The notes beneath the pieces were generated by a model, which ran no database searches, was not told the DNA's origin, and saw only the letters and a program-made list of their open reading frames with translations. The position numbers were made by a program, and so were the translations under genes. Of a DNA stretch of 64,000 nt, positions 54,052 to 63,497 are shown piece after piece. The DNA is from Neoconidiobolus thromboides FSU 785 (Eukaryota > Fungi > Entomophthoromycota), in NCBI GenBank assembly GCA_025603075.1, contig MU626368.1, forward strand, positions 10,343 to 74,342. The letters run 5' to 3'. Position 1 is the stretch's first letter. Every line of letters starts with the position of its first letter.

Positions 54052-54888
54052 TTTATTTAACTAAAATCGTATAAAATTGATTTTTTTGTTTTTATACCTA
54101 AGTTTAAGAATAGTTTATATGAAATAGATCGAAGTTTCTAGATTTATCATTGGTGCTAGTTTTCAAATTAAATCCTTCATTTTTACTTAAATATTGGATT
54201 ATTAGTTAGATTACTCAATTCTGTCCCATATACACTTATTGATCCTCAGTATAGCTTTTTAACCATTATTAGTGAAAATAAATAGTTGCTATATTTGAAT
54301 GTAATTTTATTTTGGACTACATACCAAAGAATTCTACAATTAAATCTTCAAATTTTAGATACAGGTGTGAGCACGTTATACTTAGGAAGCTATTGTTATT
54401 TACTATTTGATAGATCGAATATATTGCATAGGTTTTATTCTACCTAAATCATATTTAAATTAAACATTCTGATAACCTATTAAATGGTACTTAATTAACT
54501 TTAATAAATTTATCAAGTTTAAGTTTAGATATAAAAATAGTATTGATATTATAGCATTTGTATACAATAAAATGAGGACATGACTATGAAAGATAGAACA
54601 TAAGTTTAATAAATAAAATTTTTATTGTTTTAATAAACATTTCCTTTAAAACTAAATAATTCCTTTAATAAATTAAAGGGATAAAAACTAAAAACGAAAT
54701 CCAAGCCACTCAATTTAATTACTATACATAGTAAATAATTGGAAACTAAAATAAATGAAGTGGGATTAAAACTTGAAAAAAACAGATTAGAAAAGTAGAC
54801 TACTAGCTAAAAAAGATATAAAAACAAAGTAGTCTCAGCGAAAGAACATATCAAAAAACATATTGTTGAACAATATCAAATTGCTACT

Positions 54889-55866
54889 ATGAAACTATCC
54901 TATTCTACTATCTTATTAAGTCCATTATTATTTAACGTAATTGCTCGCCCTACTAGATATGGTCATGAGAATAATCATCTTGATCCTTATTCAAATGTCG
55001 ACTCAGATTATGAGTTTCATTATAACAGGCGCCAGAGAATGAAAGAATCAGAAGGGATTGGAAGCTATGGTGATTTACATAAAGGAAAACATGATAAAGA
55101 GAAGCATTCTGATTCTATCAAAGAAAAGAACGGTTATGGTAAACCCATGGATAGGGATATGGGGGCTTATACCAAGCCGTCCAGAGGTAATAAGAAATAT
55201 TCAGCTGGTAAAAAAGTCATTGAAAAATATCCAGGTGGTAAAAAAGCTGAAGAAAAGTACTCAGATGGCACCAAAGATACTGAAAAATACCCTGATAGCA
55301 CCGAGGTAAAGGAAAAATATCCAGAGAGGTCTAAGGTTGAAGAAAAATATCCAAAAGATACTAAGGATAAAGAAGAAAAATATACTCCAGAACCTACTGA
55401 AAATAAGAAGGAGGAGAAAGATAAACCAAATGATTCTAGTAACAGTAGCTATACAAATGAAATTACTGAAATGATATGCAGAGTAAATAAGTTAAGACGT
55501 AGTGAAGGGAAAAAGGACATTGCACTTGACTCGCGCTTAATGACAGCAGCACAAAAACATTCTGAAGCTCAATTGGAGCACAAACAAATGACTCATGAAG
55601 GGTTCACGCCTGAAACTAAGTCTTTTTCGGATCGCTTTAAATTAGAGAACTTTCCAATAACTGGAGGTGGAGAAAATTGTGCTGCAGGCCAAAAAACTGT
55701 AGAACAGGTAATGCAATCTTGGATCAACTCGCCTGGCCATCATGCTAATCTGGTTTCGGATTGTGGATGCTTTGGGTTTGGTAGAGCTGGAGATTACTGG
55801 ACTCAAGCTTTCGCTTCTGGTGATGAGTGTAAAGGCTACTCAACCCCAGATTGTTCTGCTTATTAA
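54889..55866 (+). CDS. Secreted CAP/SCP-domain protein with charged repeat linker, intronless
   Basis: Signal-peptide-like MKLSYSTILLSPLLFNVIA; C-terminal VNKLRR…RLMTAAQKHS…ENCAAGQ…WINSPGHHANL…YWTQAF. Confidence 0.88.
   Translation: MKLSYSTILLSPLLFNVIARPTRYGHENNHLDPYSNVDSDYEFHYNRRQRMKESEGIGSYGDLHKGKHDKEKHSDSIKEKNGYGKPMDRDMGAYTKPSRGNKKYSAGKKVIEKYPGGKKAEEKYSDGTKDTEKYPDSTEVKEKYPERSKVEEKYPKDTKDKEEKYTPEPTENKKEEKDKPNDSSNSSYTNEITEMICRVNKLRRSEGKKDIALDSRLMTAAQKHSEAQLEHKQMTHEGFTPETKSFSDRFKLENFPITGGGENCAAGQKTVEQVMQSWINSPGHHANLVSDCGCFGFGRAGDYWTQAFASGDECKGYSTPDCSAY
55192..55383 (+). repeat. Intragenic 30-bp / 10-aa tandem repeat (EKY[PS]xxxKxx), about 7 units
   Basis: GAAAAATAT/GAAAAGTAC recurs every 30 nt: KKYSAGKKVI EKYPGGKKAE EKYSDGTKDT EKYPDSTEVK EKYPERSKVE EKYPKDTKDK EEKY. 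Confidence 0.85.
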
Positions 55867-56089
55867 TAATATTATGTTAAATAAAATAAGAAGAGTAAAC
55901 ATAAAATGTAAAATTTTATTGAATAGTATTTGATTTACATAATAAATGTTAAACATTTAGTTTATAATTTAATATAGCAAGAAAATTCTTCCATCTATTA
56001 CTAATTTTGAAGATAGATTATAAAATAATTATTAAAATAAAATTATATATAACAAATTTTTTGAGATTAAATTTAACATGTTTAAGCTT

Positions 56090-57259
56090 TTATTTTTTCA
56101 AGTTTGAGCCGTAGCCGTTGAAAGCTAAAAGATTAGGAGTATCGGTTCCTGGATCGCTTATGGCGCCTTGAGTAGCAAGGCTGGTAATTTTTTGGGCCAC
56201 TTGGGCATTGGTTAAAGTTTGTTTAGAGAGGAAGTAAGCAGCAAGACCAGCAACATGTGGAGTAGCCATGGAGGTACCAGAGATAGTGTTAGTATTTCCA
56301 TCATTCCAGGTAGATAAAATATCCACACCTGGAGCAATAACATCAACACATTTACCAAAATTGGAGAAAGAGGCAAGGTTATCATCAATATCAGAAGCAG
56401 CAACAGTAATAGCATTTGGTGTTGAGGCTGGTGATACATTACATGCATCTTGACTCTCGTTACCGGCAGCTACAACAACTACGAATCCTTTTTGGTAAGC
56501 AGCTTCAACTGCATTGTTAAGAGTATCGGATTTTCCACCACCAAGAGACATACTAATGACATTTCCTTTTACGCCCTTTTTGTCTTTAACAGACCAATTA
56601 ATAGCAGAAATAACTCCTGAGCTAGTACCCGAACCACTTCCATCGAATACTTTAACTGCAACAAGATTAACATTTTTCGAAACACCATAAGATCTGGAAC
56701 CAATAGTACCAGCACAGTGGGTACCATGACCATTTTCATCGTTGTTGTTAGTACCAGCAAATTTAGCACCAAATCTGGCACGACCCCCAAATTCAGGATG
56801 AGTAGTGAGAATACCAGTATCGATAAGATATACAGTTACGCCTGAGCCATCACCATCGTAGTTATATGTAGATTTATCAGTGAAAGTGTTTTGAGAGATA
56901 CGAGCAAGGCCCCATGGAGCATTGTTTTGAGTGGCATGAAGTTTGACTTCAGTGTCAGCTTCGATAAAAGCAACTTCTGGTAAGTTACGTACTTTTTCTA
57001 AGACTGAGTCAGTTAAGCGAGCATGATAAGTGTTTCCAATTTCAGTGAAAACAGCTTCAATTTTATTGGATCCACTACGATCAGTAAAGAGTTCTTGTAC
57101 TTGCTTGGTATGGGCATCAATGGTGATGCGAGTATTACCTTTTAAAGTAACCAAATAACTTCCTTCAATGATTTTCCCGTTTTTATGTAACGGAGCAAGG
57201 TCAGCGAATACTGAAGCAAGGAGAGAAGAAGTGACAGCAAATATAGAAAATACTTTCAT
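56090..57259 (-). CDS. Secreted subtilisin-like serine protease (S8A, proteinase K type) with I9 propeptide, intronless
   Basis: Signal peptide MKVFSIFAVTSSLLASVFA; catalytic motifs LIDTG, NGHGTHCAG and SGTSMATPHVAG; APWGLARIS; oxyanion AAGNE. Confidence 0.96.
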   Translation of the reverse strand: MKVFSIFAVTSSLLASVFADLAPLHKNGKIIEGSYLVTLKGNTRITIDAHTKQVQELFTDRSGSNKIEAVFTEIGNTYHARLTDSVLEKVRNLPEVAFIEADTEVKLHATQNNAPWGLARISQNTFTDKSTYNYDGDGSGVTVYLIDTGILTTHPEFGGRARFGAKFAGTNNNDENGHGTHCAGTIGSRSYGVSKNVNLVAVKVFDGSGSGTSSGVISAINWSVKDKKGVKGNVISMSLGGGKSDTLNNAVEAAYQKGFVVVVAAGNESQDACNVSPASTPNAITVAASDIDDNLASFSNFGKCVDVIAPGVDILSTWNDGNTNTISGTSMATPHVAGLAAYFLSKQTLTNAQVAQKITSLATQGAISDPGTDTPNLLAFNGYGSNLKK

Positions 57260-57881
57260 TGTACTGTTTTTTTTAGTTATATTCAATTATTTGATTAAAC
57301 TTTTTGACCCTTATAATCCCCTCTTTGTCTATGTATTTATAGTGTTTCTCCTGTTTGATATTTATATGCAACATGATTTTGTTTTATCATCTACCTTAAC
57401 TTTTACAATCAATACATCCGTTAATTACTGTTTGCCTATAATAAGAGTATCCTTTCTATATAGGTGATCAAATGTCAGCTTATCATGATATGGCTAAATA
57501 GTAGACTATCTAACTAAAATCTGAATGTATCTTCATTTAATGGCTTCAGAATTACTTTAATTAGGTTATAAACAATTAAATACATTTGATGTAAATTCCA
57601 TTAGCTCAAAAGCTATTAAAAAGAAAAAGTCGTAATCAAAGGTCATAAGGTAATATCATATCGGAGTCATATAATAGATCAAATTTAAATTCATTTAATT
57701 AGTTCTATTTTAAGTAGCAATTTATTATCAAATTGTTAAAAATTAGTCAATTTTGAAAATAAAAAATTCAAACCAATAATTGAGAATATTTGTGTAGACA
57801 TTGGCTGTAGATTAGGTTTTTCTATTCCTACCCTTAAAACAGCTATACTTTTCTAATACTTTTTGGTATCTTTCTGCTATA

Positions 57882-57982
57882 TGGGAGTGTTTTTTTTGAC
57901 TTCATCACTTTTTCTATCTTTTGAGCGCTATTTGAGTGGAAAGATTGTTAGTAGAATTCTTAAACACAAAAATACATTTCCA
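57882..57982 (+). mobile_element. ~100-bp TIR miniature element copy
   Basis: TA|TGGGAGTGTTTTTTT…TTTTGAGCGCTATTTGAGTGGAAAG…AAAATACATTTCCA|TA. Confidence 0.8.
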
Positions 57983-58080
57983 TATAGTAGCTTGCAATTA
58001 AATATAAATATCTTAGGTTATTTTTTAATTTGTATTCAATTTTTTTAACATGAATTTAAGGGCTATAGATTTTTTATATA

Positions 58081-58181
58081 TGGGGGTATTTTTTTTGGCT
58101 TCATTATTTTTACATCTTTTAAGCACTATTTAAGCGGAAAAATTTGTAAGTAAAATTCTTAAACACAAAAATACATTCCCA
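58081..58181 (+). mobile_element. ~100-bp TIR miniature element copy
   Basis: TA|TGGGGGTATTTTTTT…CTTTTAAGCACTATTTAAGCGGAAAA…AAAATACATTCCCA|TA. Its 3' end TTCTTAAACACAAAAATACATT is identical to the 57882 copy. Confidence 0.8.
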
Positions 58182-58307
58182 TATCCTTGAATTGTTAAAA
58201 ATAACCTAGTTGTGAATTATAAACAAAAAACGCTCAACTGCAAGCTGCTTTAGTTATAGATCATTTCAAATAAGATTACAATGGATTTATGTTTGAACTA
58301 ATAAATA

Positions 58308-58405
58308 TGGGGATGCCTTTTTTGTTTAAGAAATCTGCTAACATTTGTTCAACTTAATAGCTCACAAGAAATAGACAAAGAGATGAAATCAAAAAAGACA
58401 TTCTA
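58308..58405 (-). mobile_element. Degenerate miniature element copy, reverse orientation
   Basis: TA|TGGGGATGCCTTTTTTGTTTAAGAA…GATGAAATCAAAAAAGACATTCTA|TA. Confidence 0.7.
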
Positions 58406-58996
58406 TATTATAAAGCTTGACTTTGAAAAATTTCAAGGGATTTATTTTACAAATAAAATTACTCTAGCTTTTTTCTTGAAGCACTGCTTGATTATATAAT
58501 TTCTCCTTTATAATCCTCCCTTCATAATCAATTTTTTACTATATTTCAAATCTAATCATTCTTTATTTTATTATTTTTTGAAATTCAATCGCTTTTATTT
58601 TGGCTTTGCACGATATTTTCAAAAAAATTCATATACTTATGTAATCTCGTTAATCCAAGATACTTCATTACATTCTTTCAAAATTATTTAACACATACAC
58701 TCTCTGGTAAAGCATTTTGATACATATGGGGGACGTCTTTTGTTTCAATATTTTAAAAAATTATCCAAATTTCGCATAAAAAAGGGACTACTGTGTCAAG
58801 TTGTTATAAAATGCAAAAAATCATTTCATCAGATATATAATTCTTGATACTTTTTTTAATAGATTTTAATATAAACTTCAGTGAGGTAATTTTTACAACT
58901 CAATATTTCTGCCTTTCCTAAAAAATTAGTCTAAATAATCACTAATTAATATACATAAATCAGATTTTTAAGGAGTTTTTTTATTAAAAATATAGA

Positions 58997-59707
58997 TCAA
59001 ATTTTATTCAGATTAACAGAATATTCGGCTTGATATCCAACAGCAGCAGCATGTTGTCTACCATCGGCGTCTATAGTTAGAGTAACTAGGGATATAAAAT
59101 AAATTGGTAAATCAATTCCATCAATGTACTTAAACTGCTTTAAAGTATTTTTTTTAAAAGTATGGATACGATATTCCAATAACGCTTGATTTTGAGAATC
59201 AAACAAAGTCCAATTGCCTCCGAAGCGCGAAGCAGTAATCCAATGAAGGATTATCATAGTATTATCTTGTTTTTTGAGCTTTAAAGTATATTTGTTCCCA
59301 AACATAAACCCTTTCTTAACCATGGAAACTTCTTGATAACGCTCTGGATTTTTCACAATGTATGTCAGATTCCAAGTAGTGCTATTATATGCGAATCCTT
59401 GGCGTTTTAATTTCAAAATTCCTTGACCTGAGCGTGAATCAAAGAACTTGACTATATTATTAGATATTTTTAAATTGTAAACTTGGTCTGTTTGACTATC
59501 TTTAATCTCTATTACTTTCGTAAGAAATCCCCTTCTACTTACTGAATATGTAATCATTTCGCTCCCATCTATACTACTACTCCCTTGAGATTGGGAGCCA
59601 GTATTCATATCACTCTTTAATACATTGTAATAATTAGGCAGTGCATTATATTCGTTATTGAGAAGTCTCTTTGTTTCTGAGGTCATTTTATTTATTGTAG
59701 CTCTCAA
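58997..59707 (-). CDS. Intronless orphan protein, possibly tubby/LURP-one-like beta-barrel family
   Basis: 236-aa ORF of short beta-strand-like segments ending in a hydrophobic helix; manually alignable to 61795-62436. Confidence 0.7.
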   Translation of the reverse strand: MRATINKMTSETKRLLNNEYNALPNYYNVLKSDMNTGSQSQGSSSIDGSEMITYSVSRRGFLTKVIEIKDSQTDQVYNLKISNNIVKFFDSRSGQGILKLKRQGFAYNSTTWNLTYIVKNPERYQEVSMVKKGFMFGNKYTLKLKKQDNTMIILHWITASRFGGNWTLFDSQNQALLEYRIHTFKKNTLKQFKYIDGIDLPIYFISLVTLTIDADGRQHAAAVGYQAEYSVNLNKI

Positions 59708-60539
59708 TTTCTTAATTATATATATATTCGGTGTAATACATATTTCTTAATTAGAACTGTTATTTTCTATTTAGAGGCTAAATAGACCATTATTTGGCTT
59801 CTCTTTTTTCAGCTAATTACTAATAGTTTAAATATATAACCCATTTGCTTATTGTTACAATGGAGAATAATTCGTCTTAAATTTCATTATAAAACTTATA
59901 CATATTTAATGTAACTTATACTAAATAAAAAGTTTAATTGATGGTCTTTCTCTAAAACTCATTAATTTATAATAAGATAAAATATACAAAAGCGCAGTTT
60001 ATGTTAGTTTTTGTAACTGATGGAATTACACACCACTTTGCTTTGTAGTAAGTCACAATTCTTTTTAGTATTTCTTATCAAAACTCAATTTGGCTTATAT
60101 TTAATCTTTTTGACTAAATGCTTTAAGCCAGATTCGAAACATCAAATTCCAAATAGTCTACATTGAGTATATAATTTATAAATAGCCTATTTTGGATATC
60201 ATTTTTCATATGTAGATGTAAATGTAAAAAACCATAACACTATAAGACATTAATGTTTCTGTCCAAGGCCTAAAAAATATTTTTTCAAGAATAAAATACT
60301 CTTTTTAAATAAGTATTAACTTATAATAATATATTTCCAGAATACAATGTCTATAAAATAACTTTAAAAGATAATAAGCAAAACTGAGATGCTTAAAAAC
60401 CAAAAGAACGGTTGGTAAAATGATTTTAAAATAATATTAAAGTTAATAAAAATATAAAGTAAACATAAAGTGTTTGTATATTAATGAGTTTAGTATCTTA
60501 AATTTAACCCATGAATAGATCGAATAAATATATGTATAG

Positions 60540-60584
60540 CAAATTTAAACAAATTCAAACAAATTTAAACAAATTTAAACAAAT
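60540..60584. repeat. 10-bp tandem repeat (CAAATTTAAA) x4.5
   Basis: Directly visible. Confidence 0.8.
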
Positions 60585-60690
60585 ACTTATCATGAATAAA
60601 TGATTACTTTTTCTTAATTTATTCTAATAGCAATAAAGATCTAAACGTAATATATAATGTAAAGCTGATATTTTTGACCAATTATACATA

Positions 60691-60792
60691 TGAGGATATA
60701 TTTTTATCTTTAATAATTTTTAATAATAACTTTTCCACTCAAATAGCGCTTAAAAGGTGGAAAAAGTAATGAAGTCAAAAAAAACACTCCCA
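60691..60792 (-). mobile_element. ~100-bp TIR miniature element copy, reverse orientation
   Basis: TA|TGAGGATATATTTTT…TTTTCCACTCAAATAGCGCTTAAAAG…GAAGTCAAAAAAAACACTCCCA|TA. Confidence 0.8.
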
Positions 60793-60925
60793 TATTATTG
60801 TATAAAAAGCATAAAACTGAGCGTCATTATAACAAAAATTTGTTTATAAATTAAATGTTTTAAAGTGCTATAAGTTGGTTTTTGATACAACATTTTATTT
60901 CATATTTTTAAAATATTAAATAATA

Positions 60926-61024
60926 TGAGAATGTTTTTTTAGCTTCATCACTTTTCTATCTTTTAAGCGCTGTTCAAGTGGAAAGATTGTTGGTAAAATT
61001 CTTAAATCAAAAAATACATCCCCA
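60926..61024 (+). mobile_element. ~100-bp TIR miniature element copy
   Basis: TA|TGAGAATGTTTTTTT…CTTTTAAGCGCTGTTCAAGTGGAAAG…AAAAAATACATCCCCA|TA. Confidence 0.8.
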
Positions 61025-61794
61025 TACGCTAGTTGTAAAGCCGTTTTCATAACATGTATATAAAGGATGCTTTTAATTAAAGGCGGAAATTAGCAAAGTC
61101 AGATATTGGAGTTTGTTTTAAGCACTATGGGTGCATCAACAGAGATGTATTTTTTTCTATAATAGTTTTATTTATACATGTATAGTCATTGAAAAATAAT
61201 GACAATGTTTTTAAAAATTTTGAGTTTTATAGTAGTTTGAAATATACAATACAATTATATTTAAACTCTATTAGCAAAAAGCCTAAAGGTTTATTTGTTT
61301 ATAGTTTAATTTAGTTAATTTAGTTTAATTTAATTTAATTTAATTTAATTTGTTTACATTATTTATTTATGATCTATATGTAATTTGTTAAATCTTTAAA
61401 CATTGAAGCGGCTTTTACAGCCATGTTATTAAAAATTGTAATTATCCCAATATAGCAATTGTATATTCATTTTCCTTTCAAGAACTTCTAATAAATTTCT
61501 AATAGTATTAATGATAACATTAAGGTATTATGATATATGATTTGGGTTCATGAAAGACATTCATAAGAATCTTGAAAGCAGCACTAGCCCTTGATTATAT
61601 AACAACAGCTAAAATACTTTACCATTGTTTGAATAAGTATGTATGATTTTAGCTTAAAATATAAAATAAATTAATTATTCTGAATTAAAGATTAAACCTG
61701 ATTTCATTAATTACTTTAGGATCAATCTTGTAATAAAGGTATAGTATATAAATGAGAAGTAATATTTGTGTTATAATAAAATTCAAAATAAAAA

Positions 61795-62436
61795 ATGGGG
61801 TTTAGCTTTTTGACAAGTATAATAAACAATAAAAAGAAATCTCAACAGACTATAAGCCCTACAATAATATTAAAAAATGAATATGCTATTATTACTGGAT
61901 TAAGTAAGCCAACAATCAAAGTAGCAAGTTATACAGTAACAGTTGGAGGATTTTTTGAAAAGCAAGTAGACATAGTAAATAGGCAAGGCGGGGTATCATT
62001 CAAAAGTATAATATCAAATAAAGAAGCAAAATATCTTACCAAACACAATACATGTATATTAAAACTAAACCAGAGTGTTATTTCAGAGTCATCTACAAGC
62101 TGTGAGATAATTGCTTTTAATCATTGGTCTGAAAGGTATTCAACTATTACATTCAAATATGAAGCCCTGGATTCAGTTCCGACTTATCTTATTACTATGA
62201 ATAAGGTAAGTGGAGAAGTAGTTAAGTATACTTGGATATCAACACACTCTGGTTTTAGGTGGACATTATTGGATTCATGTTCTCTGAACAAACTTCTTAT
62301 ATATAACGCCTACTCATCTAAGACGCACACCTTAAATCAGAATTATCGTATTCGAGAAGAAAATTTGGATATTTTTTTGTTTACCTTATCTATAATTATT
62401 GTTAATTACAAGGACAAAAAACGCTCAAGCCGCTAA
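61795..62436 (+). CDS. Intronless orphan protein, distant paralogue of 58997-59707
   Basis: 213-aa ORF sharing ordered motifs with the 58997 protein (YxV..GF..K, ISN, ILKL, ERY, WI…WTLxDS). Confidence 0.7.
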   Translation: MGFSFLTSIINNKKKSQQTISPTIILKNEYAIITGLSKPTIKVASYTVTVGGFFEKQVDIVNRQGGVSFKSIISNKEAKYLTKHNTCILKLNQSVISESSTSCEIIAFNHWSERYSTITFKYEALDSVPTYLITMNKVSGEVVKYTWISTHSGFRWTLLDSCSLNKLLIYNAYSSKTHTLNQNYRIREENLDIFLFTLSIIIVNYKDKKRSSR

Positions 62437-63300
62437 TTTATTTAGATATTATAGTTTGCTGTTAGAAGGATTTATTTAAATAGTTGCTGATTCCACTGCC
62501 AAATATCAATAGATAGCATTTTAGAAATCAATTGACTATAATAAAGTATTTGTTGAACTTGATGGCTTCTCTGTATTTTTTATTTTATAGAGCGTTACCC
62601 TTAAATACTCTATTGATCAAAATAATATACTAAATACCTAGGTTGGTGAACTTAAGTGATCACAACACTTAAACGAGTCTGGCTGAGAGTGTAGAAATAG
62701 AATCAGGCATATTACTACTCTTAGTAGATGTAGAGTGGCAAGATGAAATGTATTTCTTTCCAATCTCTAAAGGATTCCTCGCCGAGTGAAGAGAGATGGG
62801 ATTAAAAGAAAGTCATGAGATTGTCTATTTATTAAATTTAAAAATAGAAATTTTTTGTAAAGCTTATAATCTAGTAGAAAGTGCAAAGACTCCTGATAGA
62901 AAACTTAAACTGGGTAGTGAATAGAGAACGTCGAGGAAATTAAGTGGACGGGGGAGGAAGCAAATTAAGGCTAGATAGTACATTTTATAAAAATTGATCT
63001 TTTAAGCCCATTTTTTTAATTTAATTTAATTTAATTTAATATACTATTATCTACACCACTTTTTTAATTTTATAATACCTTATTATGCTTTATTGTTATC
63101 ATATATAAAGTTTACTTTTTACACTAGCTATATATGATTTTATTTATAAAAGTTATGACTATTTTATAGTATAAAACTTTCAAAATATCTTATAGTTATA
63201 CTTAGAAAGCTGCTTTTTTATTTTAAGTCTTTTTATAATTTTTCTGCCAGTATTTATAAAAAAGAACAATAATTTTATTGAGCTAAAATCAATAGGATAT

Positions 63301-63394
63301 AGGGGTGCTTTTTGATTTTGTTGCTTCTTCGATTTTTAAACGCTATTTGAGTGGAAAATTTTTTAGTAAAATTTTTAAGCAAAAAAATATACCA
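63301..63394 (+). mobile_element. Degenerate miniature element copy
   Basis: AGGGGTGCTTTTTGATTTT…TTTTTAAACGCTATTTGAGTGGAAAA…TAGTAAAATTTTTAAGCAAAAAAATACACCA|TA. Confidence 0.7.
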
Positions 63395-63497
63395 TAAAAT
63401 TCGAACAATTCTCATTATGCATAGAAGACTTGAATCAATTATATAACATTCCTATTTATTATTAAAATCCAACTTAAAAATTTGTCTTTCTCAAAAA

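Noticed and set aside
50747-57467. Track ORFs 50747, 50912, 51419, 55058, 55742, 56212, 56268, 56569 and 57168
   Set aside because: Alternate-frame or antisense shadows of eIF4B, the CAP gene and the subtilisin gene.
57863-58048. 61-aa ORF
   Set aside because: Consists mostly of a miniature element copy.
57882-61024. Clustered repeats as a CRISPR-like array
   Set aside because: Units are ~100 bp, degenerate, irregularly spaced, in both orientations and carry TIRs; eukaryotic context with no cas genes.
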